This document shows, in pieces, positions 52,771-55,424 of a DNA stretch of 55,424 nucleotides. The translations under genes and the position numbers were made by a program. The notes under the pieces are model-generated. The model ran no database searches. It saw only the letters and a program-made list of their open reading frames with translations, and was not told the DNA's origin. Within the stretch, counting starts at the first letter, position 1, and each line of letters starts with the position of its first letter. The stretch is from a virus. Its lineage: Duplodnaviria; Caudoviricetes. The stretch is taken from the IMG/VR virus record IMGVR_UViG_3300017589_000282, positions 1-55,424 of that record; one strand, given 5' to 3'.

Positions 52771-53888
52771 TATATTTTATCTATTTCTTGTATAGCCCAA
52801 TTTTTAAACCCTCTAAACTTTGTTGAAATATCAGTATATGCTTTTACTGCTTTTTCATCATTCACGAACAATGGAGGAATAGACATTTTGCTGATCCATT
52901 CTTTCAACTTCTCTTTGTCCGGTGCAAGTGCGGCTTTAGCTGCTGCTGCTGCTTTCTCCTTAGCCTCGGCTTCCTTTTTCTCTGCGGCTATCCTGTTGGC
53001 TTCTTTAATGGCTTTTAGTTCGGCTTCTGCTTTCTCTTTCTGTTCCCGTTCGGCTTTAACTTTCGCCTCATTCTCTTTGGCGATCCTGGCGTCCTCGGTT
53101 TTCTTCTTTGCAATCCTTTCGGCTTCTGCTTTAGCTTCTTTTTCCTTGCGGATTCGCTCTTTCTCGGCATTGGCTTCGTTTACCTTTCTTAATTCTTCCT
53201 GCGCCTGTCTTGATTTAGCTTCTTCCGCTTCCGCTTTAATCTTTAGTTCTTCATTTTCTTTCCGGATGCGTTCTTCTTCTGCAAGACGTTCAACTTCTTT
53301 TTGCTGTTCCTCTTTTTGTTTTCGTTCAGCCTCCTCCTTTGCTAGTTCAAAGTTTCTTTTGAACAAGGATAAAGTTGTATCGAACTGTTCAGAAGACATT
53401 GTACCAAAAGAGAAAGAATCAAGATTCATGATTCCCAGGTCAAACGGTCGGATAATGTCAAGCCTTTCTGCTCTTTGCTTTTCCTGGACCTGCGCAAGGT
53501 ATCGTTCTCCGAACTTTTCCTTTTCCTCTAAATCGGATTCTAACTTCTTAAAAGTAGTTTCGATCATCTGCCCGGCTCTTAGCCAAAGTTTGTCTTCGGC
53601 AATATCATCAGCCATGCGATTCTTGATAGCTGTTCTGACATCCTTGATAGTCTTGTCTGCCTGTACCCTCATGTTCTTTAGGTATAAACGTCCCTCTCTA
53701 GCCATTTTCATCTCGCCCAATTGATCCGGTTTAGTAATGACTAAACTAGATACCTTGGATTGCCATTCTCCTGCCTTGTCAAAAAACAAGGAAAGGGTGT
53801 CGGTCACTACCTTTGCTTTAAGCTCCGGCAATCCCTTTGTGATTGTTTGTAATTCATTCATGTTATTAATATTGTTGAAATTATTCAC
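52770..53888 (-). CDS. Long E/K/A-rich coiled-coil protein of the recombination module
   Basis: 372 aa, upstream of the exonuclease and recT. Confidence 0.75.
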   Translation of the reverse strand: MNNFNNINNMNELQTITKGLPELKAKVVTDTLSLFFDKAGEWQSKVSSLVITKPDQLGEMKMAREGRLYLKNMRVQADKTIKDVRTAIKNRMADDIAEDKLWLRAGQMIETTFKKLESDLEEKEKFGERYLAQVQEKQRAERLDIIRPFDLGIMNLDSFSFGTMSSEQFDTTLSLFKRNFELAKEEAERKQKEEQQKEVERLAEEERIRKENEELKIKAEAEEAKSRQAQEELRKVNEANAEKERIRKEKEAKAEAERIAKKKTEDARIAKENEAKVKAEREQKEKAEAELKAIKEANRIAAEKKEAEAKEKAAAAAKAALAPDKEKLKEWISKMSIPPLFVNDEKAVKAYTDISTKFRGFKNWAIQEIDKI

Positions 53889-53997
53889 TTAATAATCTTC
53901 TTAGAGTATCTTCGAAGTCGTCCGGCTCGTCTGTGTCTTCTTCCCCGTCATAGTCTGAATCACCATCGGGCAATCTTCTTACTATTTCCTTTCCCAT
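53881..53997 (-). CDS. 38-aa very acidic peptide
   Basis: MGKEIVRRLPDGDSDYDGEEDTDEPDDFEDTLRRLLSE; ATG at 53997 lies 2 nt after the previous stop. Confidence 0.5.
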   Translation of the reverse strand: MGKEIVRRLPDGDSDYDGEEDTDEPDDFEDTLRRLLSE

Positions 53998-53999
53998 GA

Positions 54000-54149
54000 T
54001 CACCAATGTTTGATTGTGAAATAAAGCATTGTAGAGCACATAAAAAATGTGAGTAGGTGTGATGTATTGAAGAAAGAAGCTACCAATGTAGAGATAGCCA
54101 TTATTGCCCACACTATCATGGAGGCAAACTGCATTCGTGTGAATCTCAT
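54000..54149 (-). CDS. 49-aa membrane peptide, not in the ORF track
   Basis: MRFTRMQFASMIVWAIMAISTLVASFFNTSHLLTFFMCSTMLYFTIKHW. Confidence 0.5.
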   Translation of the reverse strand: MRFTRMQFASMIVWAIMAISTLVASFFNTSHLLTFFMCSTMLYFTIKHW

Positions 54150-54177
54150 ATATATAAAGTATTAATTGTTTCAAAAA

Positions 54178-54211
54178 GAAAACCCCGGCTATTCTCACGA
54201 ACTGTCGGGGC
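54178..54211 (-). terminator. Hairpin/terminator with CGTGAG loop
   Basis: - strand CCCCGACAGUUCGUGAGAAUAGCCGGGGUUUUCUUUUU. Confidence 0.65.
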
Positions 54212-54244
54212 TGAAAAAATACATATAACAAGTAGTGTTATGTG

Positions 54245-54312
54245 CTCCGGGTAGGGGATTCGAACCCCATTTGCTAATCTGGACTAAAGATAAAAGCAAC
54301 TCCAAACCCGGA
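54245..54312 (-). ncRNA. Minimal tRNA-like RNA: acceptor stem, T arm and one central stem
   Basis: TCCGGGT...TTGCT/AGCAA...GGGG TTCGAAT CCCC T ACCCGGA G. Confidence 0.55.
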
Positions 54313-54318
54313 TGGTGG

Positions 54319-54489
54319 TTATTTGAAAAAACAATCAAAAAAACCACCCCAATAAAGCAAAGCGAGCTGAATGATTACCGCAATCGCATTATTCCAAAAG
54401 TTGTAATTATCTCTAGGCTTTCCATGCTTGTTAGCAGTAAGAAGTAAACTCGCAAATACCATAATCAACATAACAATTTGCGCACCCAT
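54319..54489 (-). CDS. 56-aa two-TM phage membrane protein, not in the ORF track
   Basis: MGAQIVMLIMVFASLLLTANKHGKPRDNYNFWNNAIAVIIQLALLYWGGFFDCFFK. Confidence 0.65.
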   Translation of the reverse strand: MGAQIVMLIMVFASLLLTANKHGKPRDNYNFWNNAIAVIIQLALLYWGGFFDCFFK

Positions 54490-54939
54490 AACTGTGTAAT
54501 TTTTAGTTTAATAATATATCAGTAAAAATGCCCGTCTTTCCGGGCTGCCATCCACTTGCACATTAGCTAAATATGCCGATCCTCTTGTGGTTGATTATTT
54601 CCTTATTGCTTCCGGCTCCCAATCAAATGAGTAGCTATTCACGTTGTTGTAGATTCAACTTTAATTGTTTGTTCTCGTTTTCACTGCCGGAAAGTGCGAT
54701 ACAATCGCTCGTTAAATTGTTATTACCTGGGATTGCTCCCGTTTATTTTTTTTTGTGACAGCCTCGTTGTAGTTACCGCATTTCTGCTATTACAATGTAT
54801 CTGTTTGTTCACTCTTTGTTATCTGCTACATTCCATCTTCACAAATCTATTTGCTATCAATGGGGCAGGTTTCACAATACGGTCAGAACTTGTAGAGTTT
54901 CCTCTTGTGTGAGCTAGTGTCCGATCAAGGACAAAAGCC

Positions 54940-55203
54940 CTATTTGAAAAATACCGAGTCTAATTGCTCTTTTGAAAGAATATATTTTCCACCCACCCTT
55001 TTATGGGGAAGTTCTCCGGACCTTATCCTTTGTCTTATATTGGATTCAGATAATTTGTATCTAATAGAGGCTGTTTTTACACTCATTGGCTCGTCCATAT
55101 CTTTCACCAGTAGGTTTTTTATTTCACCAATTTGTTTGTCAATATCTGATTTGATAAGTCTAAGAAGCTCTCTAGCCACCTTTTTGGTCTCTAAGTCATT
55201 CAC
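54940..55203 (-). CDS. Excisionase-like HTH protein
   Basis: MSVKTA...LSESNIRQRIRSGELP..RVGGKYIL. Confidence 0.75.
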   Translation of the reverse strand: MNDLETKKVARELLRLIKSDIDKQIGEIKNLLVKDMDEPMSVKTASIRYKLSESNIRQRIRSGELPHKRVGGKYILSKEQLDSVFFK

Positions 55204-55424
55204 TTTTTTAACTTTTTATTTGTAGGAACTGCTGTTACCCTAATTTCGCATTTCGAGTAATTTGCAGAACATGAATATTTAACCCCAAGCTCAGGCTCTT
55301 GACCTCCTATGAATGATGCCATGTTACGAATGCTCTGTATCTTTTTTCTTTCGGAAGGATAAAATGTCACTGATGTTCCAGGTTTAATTCTCCGGATGTC
55401 ATCCATTGTAATTTTTTGTTGCAT
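55200..55424 (-). CDS. Hypothetical early protein, probably DNA-binding
   Basis: 74 aa, ATGA overlap with the HTH gene. Confidence 0.6.
   Translation of the reverse strand: MQQKITMDDIRRIKPGTSVTFYPSERKKIQSIRNMASFIGGQEPELGVKYSCSANYSKCEIRVTAVPTNKKLKK

Larger units (their letters stand above)
5863..55424. mobile_element. Bacteroidota podovirus-like phage or prophage; incomplete, continues to the right, left boundary uncertain
   Basis: terS, terL, portal, capsid, tail fibre, lysis, recombination and replication genes; no tape measure or sheath genes; no integrase in the window. Confidence 0.9.

Noticed and set aside
52888-53724. 278-aa + strand ORF, and similar antisense ORFs such as 658..1005, 2889..3302, 8573..9061 and 17432..17860
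   Set aside because: These are S/F/L-rich shadows of E/K-rich genes on the opposite strand, with no independent signals.
53998-54231. N-terminal extension of the 116-aa ORF 53881..54231
   Set aside because: It starts at TTG and crosses a terminator hairpin. A separate 49-aa ORF plus an ATG at 53997 explain the region better.

Overview
The window holds most of a Bacteroidota (Bacteroidales-like) podovirus-type phage or prophage (about 5.8-55.4 kb), preceded by a very AT-rich defence-like island (1-5.75 kb). The island encodes a C5 DNA methyltransferase, a GHKL/MORC-histidine kinase hybrid, a receiver protein with an HEPN-like RxxxxH motif, a 52-aa-repeat protein and a small membrane protein. 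The phage late region is split into several divergent operons: terS; ejection proteins including a 3766-aa polyvalent protein; regulator-rhomboid-terL; scaffold-capsid-adaptor-tail fibres; lysis plus three paralogous connector-like genes; and portal plus tail nozzle. The early region on the minus strand carries RecE/RecT, SSB, HNH, VRR-NUC, an initiator with iterons, MazG-like and Tad2-like genes, two tRNA-like RNAs and an inserted AbiGi-family gene. No integrase, repressor or att site is visible. The most notable observations are: (1) antisense promoter plus structured small-RNA cassettes embedded inside the giant gene right after its putative RNase domains; (2) a capsid protein with an N-terminal membrane segment next to a phage rhomboid protease, with no ordinary prohead protease in view; (3) a methylase-coupled kinase/REC-HEPN module; (4) an AATTTACG-N26-WWHYTCRY motif in front of five late operons. 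All family calls come from motif recognition by eye, not from database searches.
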